From Octopus vulgaris (Eukaryota): a stretch of 64,000 nucleotides of DNA. The stretch covers positions 56,730,001 through 56,794,000 of the forward strand of contig OX597821.1 of the NCBI GenBank assembly GCA_951406725.2, in the 5' to 3' direction. The notes beneath the pieces were generated by a model. It was not told where the DNA came from and did not search any database. It worked only from the letters and a program-made list of their open reading frames with translations. How positions within the stretch are numbered: position 1 is the first letter of the stretch; every line of letters starts with the position of its first letter. The translations under genes and the position numbers were made by a program. Of the stretch, positions 14,291 through 28,049 are shown piece by piece.

Positions 14291-15239
14291 ATCAGGGTCG
14301 ACAAAATAAGTACCAGACGAACACTAGTGTGACTGAGATGGACACACCAAAGACACTTGTTTGTTATTATAGAAACATAGAGAATCAAGGACAATTATCT
14401 TTTCAGTCGCCCACTCTTATGCTCTCAACACCTCTGTGCTCGTTTCCATAGCCTCATTAATATCGTTAATCTCTGCATGATTCATGTAAATAGTTACGCC
14501 ATGTTTTCCAAGTAGAAATGTATTCGCTTATTTAGTGTAATGTGTTGCTAATAGTAATATTTTTCTGATTGAATACTATCAACTCTCAATAAAACACTAA
14601 TTTCTCTAAATTAAAAATTGAATAGTTGAGAATTAAACATTCATTAAGTCTCTTGATAACCACAAACGTCACATTTTGTGTTTATCATTTAAGAATTATA
14701 GATTCATTAAGGAATCGAACAAACAAACAGTCGAATTATCTTTTAATATTTTAATAATTATATTTAGATGTTTGATAATGAGTGTTTATATATAGAGCGG
14801 TATTTCGGTAAAAACAATAAACAGAAAAATGTATGCGCGTGTATGTGTGTGCGCGAGCGCGTGTGTGTAACGCTGCGTGCGAATATGTTTTTGGCGAGCA
14901 CGTGGTAGATTTTTTTGCCCAAATATTTGGTTTGAAAAATCCAGACATATCGGTTTGACTGTATGATAAAGGAATTTGTTTCGTAGTCACGAGAATTCTA
15001 GGTTCATATTCCACTGCACAGCGCATCGAATAAACTCAGGACTTCTGAATGACATTCGATAAATAGAAATATGTTTACGTCCAGTAAATTAGTAATTCGA
15101 CAAAATATGAATAAAATAAAGAACGGGATCGAGAGGGGGAAGAAGAGGAAGATGAAGGGGGGGAGGGGAGAGGAGGAAGAAGTAGAGGGGGGAGGTGGTG
15201 GTTGTGGTGGTGGTGGAGGAGGAGGTGGTGGATGAAAAA

Positions 15240-15332
15240 GAGGAGGAGAAGGAAGAAGAAGAAGAAGAAGAAGAAGAAGAAGAAGAAGAAGAAGAAGAAG
15301 AAGAAGAAGAAGAAGAAGAAGAGGAGGAGGAG
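15240..15332. repeat. (AAG)n/(AGG)n microsatellite
   Basis: Direct inspection. Confidence 0.95.
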
Positions 15333-15521
15333 GTCTAGGTTGTTGGATGTAGCTGAAAAAGTCACTGCATTAGTTAATGCACTAAATACTTGGTTCTCGT
15401 AGTGGTGATGACTAACTAAGGGTGCTGGACAATTATTAAAACCAGTTCAAGGAAAACAAAAATTATATAACTGTATTAGAGAATATCAGTATAAACGCAT
15501 ATATACTTTGGTTATTCCATC

Positions 15522-16937
15522 ATACTTGAACTGAAATCATACAGTATTTTCTTAAAATGAAAGTAGCATCACGATTAATCTCTGTTTATTAATTGTCAAT
15601 ATAAATGTTAGTTGCTTAGTTGATTTTGAATCATGATTTTACATCGTGCAGAAAGTGGGGATGAGAGAGTAAAAAGGAGATACGAAGAGAGTTAACATGA
15701 TAAGTGCAGAATGAGTGCACATATAAGGCTTAGTGGCAAGCAATAAGTCAAAGAACGCTGCACACTCAAAGTGAAACAAAAGCAATTACAGAGACGGAAA
15801 GTAAAAAGGAGGAGGAGGGGGAAACAGCAAAAAAATTGGGAAGTCTAATGGATGAAACAAGGAAAAAAGTAAAAGAAATGTACATGCAATATGTATAATT
15901 TGACTATAACCAAATTACCCATGTGGAAAAAGTGGTCTTCCAGAGTTATGATATGAGGGTAACACTCCAGTCAGTTTATATTATAGCTTATCTGTTTCGA
16001 TATATCGACATATAAACTATAGTCTATTATTTCCGATATTTATGATGCTGCTAATATTTAATTTTACCATATTCCTATGTGGCTTCCGCTTTCTATGATT
16101 CGTCGTAGTTTTAACCATCACCATAACAACAAACAACAATTCACTCGCCAAACCTAATACTATTCACCGTACCCGTGGGATTAACACATGCATACCTACT
16201 TACATATATACATACATACGTAGATACACACACACACGCACACATCACATCACATATAAATGTATCTCTATATCTCAAAAGATTTTCTATAGAATTAAGA
16301 GACAGAACTGTAAGTTACAACGTTTCATATACGAATACGTCTATGTAAACAATGCATATTTAAAGAGTTATTGCTCTATCATCTGTACTACATCGAATCC
16401 GTCAACTGTCCATGAACTAACTGTGTTAGCCACTAAGTTTAGCGGTGTAACACAGTTGGGTGAGACCAATTTACATATTAAGCACTTCCTGGCAACTGGC
16501 AATTGTATATTAATTGCTAGCAAAGACGTTGTTTTTTGTTTTTCAGTGCTGGCTCTGAACTACATCGAAAGTCTATAGCCATACACTTAAGAGTGAGAAT
16601 ATCGCACTGCTAACACAAAAGTAAGACGCAATATTGACATATATACTAGTAATATACTTTGTAGTATATTATGGTTGCAAATTGAAATATTGTATTCTTG
16701 TTAGCATTTGATATCATGATAGATCGTTAACCACTACACACACTTTTTCTCTCCTTGTTCTTTTCTCTCCTTTTTTTCTCTCCTTTTTTCTCTCTCCTTG
16801 TTTTTTCTGTGTCCCTTTCTGTAGAAGAGCGTAGGCTCGAAACGTAAAATACTTTTTCTATTCCTGAGCGCTATACTAATACATCTGTTTATTTTGTACA
16901 CCATCTGTCTTCGTCTTTTGTTTTTTTCGTAAACTCT

Positions 16938-16981
<44 letters not shown>

Positions 16982-17570
16982 AAATAAGCAACTGGATATC
17001 AAGAAGTGATGCAGTACAACCGTTTCAAGTGGCTCCATTTCGTTGATCAATGCAATCAGTGCATCAATTTAAATGCAGTGCTATCATTAGCTGCACAAAT
17101 AAAAAGAATTTTAACCAGTTCGACATAGTAATAGAATTTTTTTCAAATACTTTAACAGAGCAAGAAGATGGAAGAAATTCATGTTGTCGCTATTGTAGCT
17201 AACAATAGACTACACTTCCAAGAATGGCATGAAGCCCACTGGAGTCTTAGCTTGAAAAGGATTGTGATTCATTTCTAATTCATTTCTCTTTTTATCGACA
17301 GCTAAATCTAAGATTGGAGGACTGCGTCTGTTCAGAATGAAGGGCAAGAGTGAGTTGACAGCTCATGGCTAGGTATAGTCATAAATATTGTCATATGTAT
17401 CCCTTTTCTAAACAGACACAGTCCTCTAATCTTAGATTTAGTAGTCGATAAAAAGTAAATTAGAAATGAACTACAATCCCTTACAAGCTATGACTGCAGT
17501 GGGCTTCATGCAATTCTTAGAAGTGTAGTCTATTGTTAGCTACAATAGCGACAACATGAATTTCTTCCAT

Positions 17571-17619
<49 letters not shown>

Positions 17620-19552
17620 CATTGTGTTAGCAGTGCGATATTCTCACTCTTGAGTGTATGTCTATAGACTTTCGATGGAGTTCAGAGCCAGCACTGAAAA
17701 ACAAAACACCGCGTCTTTGCTAGCAATTAATATACAATTGCCAGCTGTCAGGAAGTGCTTGATATGTAAATTGGTCTATCCAACCGTGTTACACCGCTAA
17801 ACTTACTGGCTAACACAGTTAGTTGATGGATAGTTGACGGATTCGATGTGGTACATATGAAAGAGCAGTAACTCTTTAAATATGTATTGTTTACATAGAC
17901 GTATTCGTATATGAAACGTTGTAACTTACAGTTCTGTCTCTGAATTCTATAGAAAATCTATAGAAATACAGAGATACATTTATATGTGATGTCTGTGTGT
18001 GTGTATGTACGTATGTATGTATATATGAATGTATGTATGTATGTACGTACGTACGTATGTATGTATTATGTATGTATGTAAGTATATATGAAGGTACTTA
18101 TGTATGTGTTAATCCCACGGGTCCGGTAAATAGCATTAGATTTGGCGAGTGAACTGTTGTTTGTTATTATTGTAATGTTTAAAACAACTACGAATGGTAC
18201 GTATGAGAGAGGGTGAGAGAAAGGTAGAGGGGAGAGTTGGAGGGGGAGATGGAACAAGTTGTAACAATTTGTAGCTGAGGTAGTAAAGAGAAAAGAAAAA
18301 CAAAATGGATCGTGTTGAATCGATACAGGGGTGTATCGTGCGCTGGTGTGCGCATGTATACACATACCCATACTTACATACATACACTAATAGGCATATT
18401 TGTCTGTTGTGGTATAGATAAGGTATTCAATATAGATAAGGTATTCATCAATGGAGAAGGCAGTGGTGGTTTTTGTACTTAGTAAGGTACTGACGTTGAA
18501 CAATTTATTTTTGTACACTGAAAACTTGAAAACCAAAAGCCATATGATATAGCGCATGCGCCTCAGTACAAGTGATTGTTTTTACTACCACCAATACTTC
18601 ATGAACACCAACAACAAGTAAACAACAACTATCACAAACAACAACTGAACATCACCATTACCATTCATACATTTACAACTATCATATCAACTTGTTTACT
18701 TTTTACTCTATATCATCTCCACCTAGTCTCCGTTCAGTTACTTCCCTTTGTGTAACGCAAAAGGTAGGCGAAGGTAGGCGATATGACCAAATAATCTTTT
18801 TAATACATAGATTATATTAGATATTATAATTACTAATTTTAGCCACAAAAAATAAGTGGGCCCACTGACGTCAGTCAGTTGTTTTGCTTCTCTCTCGAAT
18901 TGCCTAACAGCATTTCACACTGAAATTTTAGCTGTTAATCCCCACATAATTGCATTTATACAATTAGCGTAGAAAGCGGAAGTCAAATAGGAATATGGTA
19001 AAATTAAATATTAGCAGCGTCATAAATATCGGAAATAATAGACTGTAGTTTATATGTCGATATATCGAAACAGATAAGCTATATTATAAACTGACTGGAG
19101 TGTTACCCTCATATCATAACTCAGGTAGAACACTTTTTTCAATATGGGTAATTTGGTTATAGTCAAATTATACATATCGTATGTACCTTTCTTTTATTTT
19201 TTTCCTTGTTTCATCCATTAAACTTTGGCCATACCCAATTTTTCTGCTGTTCCTCCCCTCCTCCTCATTTTCGCTTTCCGTCTCTGTAATTCTTTTTGTC
19301 TCACTGTGAATGTGCAACGTTCTTTCACTTATTGCTTGCCACTAAGCCTTATATGTGCACTCATTCTGCACTCATCATGTTAACTGATTTCGTATCTCCT
19401 TTTTACTCTCTCTCTCTTCCCCACTTTCTGAACGACGTAAAATCATGATTCAAAATCAACTAAGCAACTAACATTTATATTGACTATTATTAAACATAGA
19501 TTAACCGTGATATTATGTTCCTTTTAAGAAATATTGTTTGATTTCAGTTCAA

Positions 19553-19556
<4 letters not shown>
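15522..19556. repeat. Large imperfect inverted repeat (foldback); arms of about 1.1 kb
   Basis: 15522-16094 is the reverse complement of 18970-19556; about 16098-16618 is the reverse complement of 17622-18195. Confidence 0.9.
17165..17573. mobile_element. MITE-like element with ~175-bp terminal inverted repeats
   Basis: AAGATGGAAGAAATTCATGTTGTCGCTATTGTAGCTAACAATAGACTACACTTC at 17165 is mirrored exactly, ending at 17573. Confidence 0.85.
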
Positions 19557-19589
<33 letters not shown>

Positions 19590-20107
19590 CACACACATAC
19601 ATATACACTAACAATGTACCCCGGCGTTGACCAGGTGTTTATGACCTATAGCAACATTGTATTATTTATTCCTTTTTTATGGGCAGAATCGGCACACGAG
19701 GAGTGTGAAGCAGACAACTCTTCTCTATAAATATGCTTTTCAGTCATTTTCTAATGCAACGTCTACCAAATCCAGGCACAACTCTGTGGTTAGCCTAGGA
19801 CTATAGTAGAAAACACTTGCCTAAGCTAACATGCAGAGAAATTGAACGTGAAACCGTGTGGTTGGGAAGCAAACCTTTGAACTACACAGTCATTCTTGCA
19901 CCTAATATGTGTTTGTGTGTGATTACATTTGTTGTTAAATTGAGACATAGTGCCCCACTATGTCTCAAAGTTAGTAGTTCATCAAGCAGAGTTCAATAAA
20001 ATAAACGCCAGGCTGAAACAAGTATTGACGTCAATATGATCAATTAAATTTTTGAAGGTGATACCTCATCATGGCGACGGTCGAAAGACTAAACCCAGTA
20101 AAATAAT

Positions 20108-20319
20108 CCTTTCAAGTGTAGGCTCAATGCCTGGATTTTGTAGGGAGGGGGAAGACGATCATATCGACCCAGTACTCAACTGGTACTTGATTTATCGACC
20201 CCGAAAGGATGACAGGCAAATTCGACCTCGGCGGAATTTGAACTCAGAAGTAGCGACAGATGAAATACCCTTAAATATTTCGCCCGGTGTGCTAACGATT
20301 CTGCCTGCTCGCCGCCTTC
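20108..20319 (-). mobile_element. tRNA-derived SINE, full length, tail type 1 (..GAAAGGATTAT)
   Basis: Head GGCGGCGAGCAGGCAGAATCGTTAGC, B-box GAGTTCAAATTCC, core CATCCTTTCGGGGTCGATAAAT; TSD AAACCCAGTAAAATAAT at 20091-20107 and 20320-20336. Confidence 0.9.
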
Positions 20320-21361
20320 AAACCCAGTAAAATAATGTTTAAAGATTTAATAGCTTCAAATCTAAAGTAATGGATTACTAGCCACTAGAAACTGAGTTAA
20401 AAACTTCGTGTGAAACTTCCACTGTATACAATAACACTATATGTACATCTCAATGTTAGCTAACACTTTACATAGCCTTACCTGCCTTTTAGGTCTTCTG
20501 GATACCAAAACCTCTCATATATGTTCATGTATGTATGTTCAGCTGGCAGTCGTAAATTCTATTTGGTACCGTCCTGTGTAAAATCGTAAGTTCTTTTCCA
20601 ATTCAGATTGGTTTGATTCCAGTAAGATATTCAGATCACCATTTGTAAGACAAAGATGCTGAAGAAACTTCAAACTGTGTTGGACTGTATATACAGAACC
20701 TTTTTTCTACTGACTGTTCTAATTTCAAAGCATGCCAAGAGCGACATGGTATTTCTGTTTGCATGCAAATTAACTACAGTATTGATTATAGTGAACAACG
20801 TTAGTGTTGACAGACATTCGAACTGACCGGGTGATACAATCTTTTTACATCACAAATACTGACAATCAACCGTGATTTTCTACAGTCTCACCGACATATT
20901 GCAACGTAGCAAACGGCTAATACGCATTGCCATGGACAGTTCAAGGTATGTAGCAAATTTAACGGATCATTTATTCATTGGAAAAACAAAACATTGCCTT
21001 CTCGACAGGGCAATTACAAAAAAGCTTAGTAAAGACTAGCAGTAAAACCCGTCGTTGATAGGGTAATTACTTCTACTGTTTATCGGGAGCCACATTGAAC
21101 CTGTATCTTTGCATTTTTAGAAGGGAAAACTATGTAATAATTGAAGTAGAAGATCAATAACATACATGGATTTGTGTTTGTTTATGATATGACAATAATA
21201 AGTGAGTTGTATGTGTTTATCTAGCATTTCGTTGATGTTCGGTTTCAGATGCATGTCGAGATTTTTTTCTGATCTGCAAGTTTTGCGCGTGTCTTATCGT
21301 CGTTTTCTGATGCACGTCGTGCGTTTGGTGTTCGTTTTGTGACGGTCTTTTTTATGAGACA

Positions 21362-21873
21362 CTAGCAGTATTGCCCGGCGTTGCTCGGGTTTGTAAGGGA
21401 AATAACTATATAAGCATTTTTAGAGAGTTACTTCCTTTATAGATGCCAATTCGGGCTTTCTTAGCCATTTCTGTTTTGGTGTCTTCAAGCCATGAAGTCG
21501 TTGTTCTAAAAGAACGCTGGTCTCCTTGGCAACGCTTTACGACGTTGATTTCCTTACACTCCCTTCCCCACAGCTTCACGAGGGAGGGAAGAAGGGGAGA
21601 AGCAAACAGGTGCAGGTGTGACCATGGACGCCAACTCCGCCGCCATCGACACACGAAAAATTATGCATTAAAATGGAATAAAAAATGATGTTAAATTATT
21701 TTTTAAATCGTAGACTCATCGTAGACGCGCGCTAATACTCAGACGGGCGCGATATGAATCACGACTATAAGATACCCGATTTTGGTTAAACTGCTCCGCA
21801 AAATGTGGGAGTAGTTAGGAATCTAAATCGAAGGGGACAGACACTCACACAACTACAGTTTTATATAGAGAGA
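21362..21873 (-). mobile_element. Non-autonomous Helitron
   Basis: On the minus strand it begins A|TCTCTCTATATAAAA and ends with a GC hairpin (CCCGAGCAACGCCGGG) followed by CTAG|T; inserted at AT with no TSD. Confidence 0.8.
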
Positions 21874-22269
21874 TTTTTTGATCATAAATATCAGTAAGTA
21901 ATAGTGAAATGAAATTCGGACTCAATGTTGTAGGAAAGCAAGGAAAATAGGTATATCATATAGAAGAATAGTAAGTTGTAGTAAAATGAAAGTACAAGTG
22001 ATGTGTGAATATCAGAAATTAATAGTGAAATGAATTTACAAATGCTGAATGGTGTCAATGTTTTTGCTGAAATTCCGACGATATATTTCAGGAATGCAGA
22101 GCAAGGCGTTGTGTGGCTGCCTTTTTGTTGGTGTGTCGATGATTTTCGTTTTGCTATGAATTTGTGTCTGTGTGCGTATGGCTTCACTGTCAGATTGTCT
22201 CTGGTTATGTGAAAGAAATTTGTCTATTTATATCTGAACGGTATATCTGAAACATGAATGAATAGACAT

Positions 22270-22285
22270 ATGTGTGTGTGTGTGT

Positions 22286-22354
<69 letters not shown>

Positions 22355-22365
22355 TGTGTGTGTGA
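22270..22365. repeat. (TG)n microsatellite
   Basis: Direct inspection. Confidence 0.95.
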
Positions 22366-22543
22366 GTTAGAGCATATATGCTAGAAAATTTGGTTGTTGC
22401 TGAAATAAGAATGAAAAACTTTCTTGCTATGTAACTGATGTGCAAAGAATGAACGGGGGAGACTTCTGACGGAATGTCTCAAGATTTTCGACCCCTCCAT
22501 AGAGAATACGCTGCCAGCTGTGTCCCCAACAATAGTATATACC

Positions 22544-22776
22544 TATTTCTTTACTACCCACAAGGGGCTAAACACAGAGGGGACAAACAAGGACAGACAA
22601 ACGGATCAAGTCGATTACATCGACCCCAGTGCGTAACTGGTACTTAATTTATCGACCCCGAAAGGATGAAAGGCAAAGTCGACCTCGGCGGAATTTGAAC
22701 TCAAGAACGTAACGGCAGACGAAATACGGTTACACATTTCGCCCGGCGTGCTAACGTTTCTGCCAGCTCGCCGCCT
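22544..22776 (-). mobile_element. tRNA-derived SINE, full length, tail type 2 (..AGCCCCTTGTGGGTAGTAAAGAAATA)
   Basis: Same head and core as the 20108 copy; TSD TAGTATATACC at 22533-22543 and 22777-22787. Confidence 0.92.
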
Positions 22777-23185
22777 TAGTATATACCGTTAACGTGTTAC
22801 ATAATCCAGTAGTAATTAAGACTAGCGTCCTGGAGGAAAGCTTAATTTCTGTATATGTGATTTTGACTACTCTCGTCATGAATATGCACAAGGCACATAA
22901 ATCAGAAGAGTCAGTATACACTTAGATACTGTAAGAGAAATATGAATTTAAATAATTCATTCCTTCTATGTGAAGAGACCCTTTAAATTGATCAGGCACA
23001 TCACTGATCATGAAGTTTGTGTCCAAAAATTGCCAATGGGTCAGTTATATTGTTTATATCTATCACGGCTGCCACACAAAATCCCCGATACTTTGTATCA
23101 TTTAATGTGCGTTACTTCTTTTACTTTTTAAAGTTTGCAATCTCACATTTAATATTTATAACTGAACATTTAACCATTTTACTTT

Positions 23186-23272
<87 letters not shown>

Positions 23273-23599
23273 GGTGAGAGAGAGGAAGAGGTAGAAAGAA
23301 AGAGAAAGAGGGAGAGAGAAAATAAAGCGGGCAAGCAGACGTACTGAAAATTCATTGGCACACTCACAAACCAACGACCGAAACATATATTAAAGGAAAT
23401 ATATGAATTATAATTATCAATTAGTTAGCTCAAGTTTCACTAGGAAACACTCTGGATCTTCAGAGTGAGAACTAGGAATGAGATGACTGCCATTCGAAGA
23501 AATTCAACTCGTATGGGAGCGCTATATAAATCAATAAATATTCAATGAAGTACATCATCATGTAATCTGGTACATTTTGTGCATGATAGATACCGAATG

Positions 23600-23758
23600 A
23601 TGTGTGTTCAGTTGTATCAACAGTGCAAAAGTGCGGCTGAATTTAGAAAAGGAACAGAGAGTCTTGAAGATGACCCAAAGTCTGATCATCCTGCAACTGC
23701 CACCACGGTGGCAAAACAAATACAATTAATCGTGTTCACCACAAAGTGATGGATGACA
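23600..23758 (+). mobile_element. Mariner transposase N-terminal (HTH) remnant
   Basis: Translates across indels as STVQK..AEFRKGTESLEDDPKS.HPATATT...INRVHHKVMDD, resembling the mariner F..G..SLED..RSGRP motif. Confidence 0.7.
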
Positions 23759-23839
23759 ACTGACGTCAATGAGATAAAATTATAAAACAGAAATGGATAG
23801 TTTTATTAATGATATACCTTAAAATCCATAAGAATCCTT

Positions 23840-24257
23840 CAAGATTTTGGCTCAATCTAGCAGTTTAGGATAAGTCGAGTACTTAGATCTCAGTGCTCAA
23901 TTGGTACTTATTTTATCGACCCCAATGGTATAAAAAGAATTTTAACTAGGAACGCAAATCTGAAAGAAATGCCGCTAAACATTTTGCCCGAAGTGTTAAC
24001 ATGTCTGCCATCTTGCCGCCTAGGTTTATACACATTTTGGCTTCAAACTTTGGCACACGCCCAGCAATTTCGAGGAATGGGCTAAGTTGCTTAAATCAAC
24101 CCCGGTGTTCAACTGGTACTTATTTTATCTACTACGAAAGGATGGAAGCAAAGTCGACCACGGTGGCATGTGAACATAAAAAAGAACGTAAAAACAGACG
24201 AAATATCACTAAGCATTTTACCCGGCATACTAACGATTCTGTCAGATCACCACCTTA
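23840..24257 (-). mobile_element. Two adjacent decayed copies of the main SINE family
   Basis: Core TGGTACTTATTTTATC at about 23902 and 24114; head remnants at about 24005-24020 and 24225-24257. Confidence 0.7.
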
Positions 24258-24959
24258 GTTTATGCAAATATCAACAAGAAGAATGGAGAGAGCAATTCGT
24301 TTTATTACACAATTCTACAATTGTTTCATCGATATTTTATCAGAATAGCGTTGCTAAAAAATTATTTTATATGTGTGACAATACATTGCATCGGTATTAT
24401 TGTACCACAGAAATATCAACGTATCAGGTTAATTTACAAAATCATATACATTTTATTCTTTACTTGTTTCAGCTTGAGACCAGCGGCCATGCTACGGCAC
24501 AGTCTTTAGTTTTCCTTGTGTGTCTCCACTGTCCTGTTTTTGTTACCAACTTTGACCCTCCGCAAATCCCAATTCTATTTGGTTCGCGGGAGCAACTGCC
24601 TTTCGAAGTTTCATATTGTCGTTCAATGCTCGAAATGAGGAGCAGATGGAGAGCCGACAACTGATGAAGAGTCGTTCTTTATTTTATTTGTTTTGTTTTC
24701 CATTTGTTTCCCTCGTTGTTTGCATATCCAACTTTATGTATTTCATGTTTTCGTTTTTCAAATTGTTTATGCTTTGTGACGTACTGTACCCATATATGCA
24801 TATATAAATACATATATGTGTATGTATGTACATATATGTATGTATATATGCACACAAATATATATATATATACATACATATATATATTTTAATTATTTTA
24901 ATATATGATTGAAAGCCACGCATCCATTTCCAAGTAGGTTTATCTATCTATATTTCTCC

Positions 24960-25038
24960 CCCTCTCTCTCTCTACACACACACACACACATATATATACA
25001 TGTATATATACACACACTACACATACACACACACACAT

Positions 25039-25079
<41 letters not shown>

Positions 25080-25350
25080 CATATATATACATATATATAT
25101 ATATATACATATATATACATATATATATATATATGTATATACATATACATACATACATATATATATATATGTATATACAAATACATACATACATATATAT
25201 ATATATGTATATACATATACATACATACATATATATATATGTATATACATATACATACATACATATATATATATATGTATATACATATACATACATATAT
25301 ATATATATGTATATACATATACATACATATATATATATATGTATATACAT

Positions 25351-25420
<70 letters not shown>
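24960..25420. repeat. Long compound AC/AT microsatellite with an internal ~32-36-bp higher-order unit (TGTATATACATATACATACATAC(AT)n)
   Basis: Direct inspection. Confidence 0.93.
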
Positions 25421-25421
<1 letters not shown>

Positions 25422-25739
25422 AACGAAGACGGTTATACACAATATAAAACCAAAAAAGAAAACTTCAGTCGTAACCGAGTCTACAGTGTACCACCTACAT
25501 CGGTAGAAATTAGAGTTAAAACGCCCTTACAGCCGCATAAGAAACAATAGGCTAGTGATCTCGCTCGGTGCCGGGCGGTTAACTCACATGTCAGTAAGGT
25601 TTTGGTAGGCCCGGGGCTACGGTAGGAGACAGTTCGCCAAGGTGCCAAGTCGTGGAACCAAACCCGAATGCATGTGGTTGCAAAGCAATATTCTTATACA
25701 GGTATGCCTGCGCCTAGAAGCTTGCATGAATGTATAAAT

Positions 25740-25957
<218 letters not shown>

Positions 25958-26877
25958 TGTATGGATGTGTATGTAAGTGCGTCTGTATATACATGCACAC
26001 ACACACACTAACATACACACACACATATACCAATAACTATGACTGTTTTCCCTCTGGGGAAAATGCTTACATATATAGGTGTGTGCGCCTGTGTGTGTGT
26101 GTGTGTGCGTGTGCGTGTGTTCCTGCTTCTGTGTTGCGCGACAAAATATTCGGAATGGGATGGACATACATTTATGCTTGCTTTCTGTTGAACAACGAAT
26201 GCATTTGACATATCAGAAGCTTGAGAAAATCGGAAGAAGATAATCGTTGAGATGATAATTAGTAGTAGACTCTAAGACATTTTAAATTGCAAACCTCATA
26301 GGATCGAAATCAATTTTGAATCATACAAGAAATACGGAAGCCAAATTGATATCTCGTGGGAAGGGACACTAGCAAATATGTAAATTGCATACATTAGTAC
26401 AACATTACACTTGCAAAGGATGCGTACGTGTTTGCTTTGCTGCTGTCTGAATATATATATATAATTGTAATAGTCTCCAGTGAAACAATGAATTTGTCAT
26501 CAATAGACTTCGATGAAAGATTTTGAAAGAGACTTTAGTACCTACGTTATCGTTATTATTTAAGCAATTGTTCAGTTACCGAATGAATATTAACCGGAAA
26601 TTTCATGTATGGAATAGCCTTATGCATATTAAACTCTGCCCGCGACGCAATTAGTATATTAATATACTCCTTCTTCTTTCTTCCTCTCTTTATATATGTG
26701 TATATGTCTAAATGTTTGTGTGCGTGTGTATATGTGTGTTTGTGTAAGTATGAGTGTGTGTGTGCGTGTGTGTGCGTGCGTGTGTGTGTGTGCGTGTGTG
26801 TGTGTGCGTGTGTGTGTGTGTTTGTGTTTGTGTTTGTGTTATTTATTTAAAGGACACAGTACTACTAATAGTTTCAC

Positions 26878-26998
26878 ATGTTGAGAAATATCTCAAACAT
26901 AGGCTTTAGGCACAAACCGCATATCATAACGAACTATAAATATTCGTTTTGATATGTAGTTTGTGCTTGAAGAATATGTTTGAGTTATTTCTCAACAT
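26878..26998. mobile_element. Short palindromic MITE-like element
   Basis: ATGTTGAGAAATATCTCAAACATA..ACGAA is mirrored by TTCGT..TATGTTTGAGTTATTTCTCAACAT. Confidence 0.7.
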
Positions 26999-27104
26999 AT
27001 AAAACGATTAGAAGCACTTAAAGATATGTACTGTGGCCTTTAGATATTTATCTCTCACCAGATAGAGTACTTTATTTGTTGAATTTTCTATCACGGAACG
27101 GTAC

Positions 27105-27147
<43 letters not shown>

Positions 27148-27159
27148 CGTTTTTGCTCC

Positions 27160-27204
<45 letters not shown>

Positions 27205-27992
27205 CATAGCGGTGTACGTACACACTTGTGCTCACCTTATTAGAAGGTATGTACCTAAATTTTGTACGACTCTTATCTTTTAGTCCCCATCTTACTTCCT
27301 TTTTCTTTTTCCCGTTCCCCCTCTCTCTCTCACACACACACACACACATATTTCTTGGCCCTCTCATTCTTTAACTCCCACTATTTCCCACTCGTTTATC
27401 TCCCCTGTACCTTTCCCTTTGTCTCTGATTTTTCTCTATTCAACCCCCCTGTCTCCTACCCATCTCTCCTCCTTCCATGTGACCGGTGTCCGGCCAGCCA
27501 TGATCTTTCTTTCTTGGCCTGACTGCCGACCGTCAACACTTCTTATGTCTATCTCCTATGTTCCTGCATTTAGGCTTTCACTTCATAAACGGCAGCTCAT
27601 GCTGATTCGTTCTCAGTCGAAAGACACCTGTTGTTATTTTCTTATTGTTTGTATTCGTAATTGTGTACCGTGTTCCACATTTTTCGTCTTTTTCTGTACC
27701 ATGTTCTCCGCTGTTTGTCCTTGTCGTACACATTCGCTCGCTTTCTTACAAAGGGGTCTAATGTTCTTAGCTTAGACTTGGGGTGGGAGAGGCAACCAGA
27801 TCGAACCGTCTCAAGTGTAACTGCCCGAAACGGTCGTGATTCCTGAGACTTGAATGAAGACAGAAGGCCACGAATGGCCCGTCTTTCTTTGCCTGTCCTT
27901 GTAATTGTTGTTTCTCTTGTCTGCCTTGTATCCTCTATCTATCCGAATGTTTTATTGTACTCTATTGTGTTTTTGTTCCATTTTTATATGTG

Positions 27993-28049
<57 letters not shown>

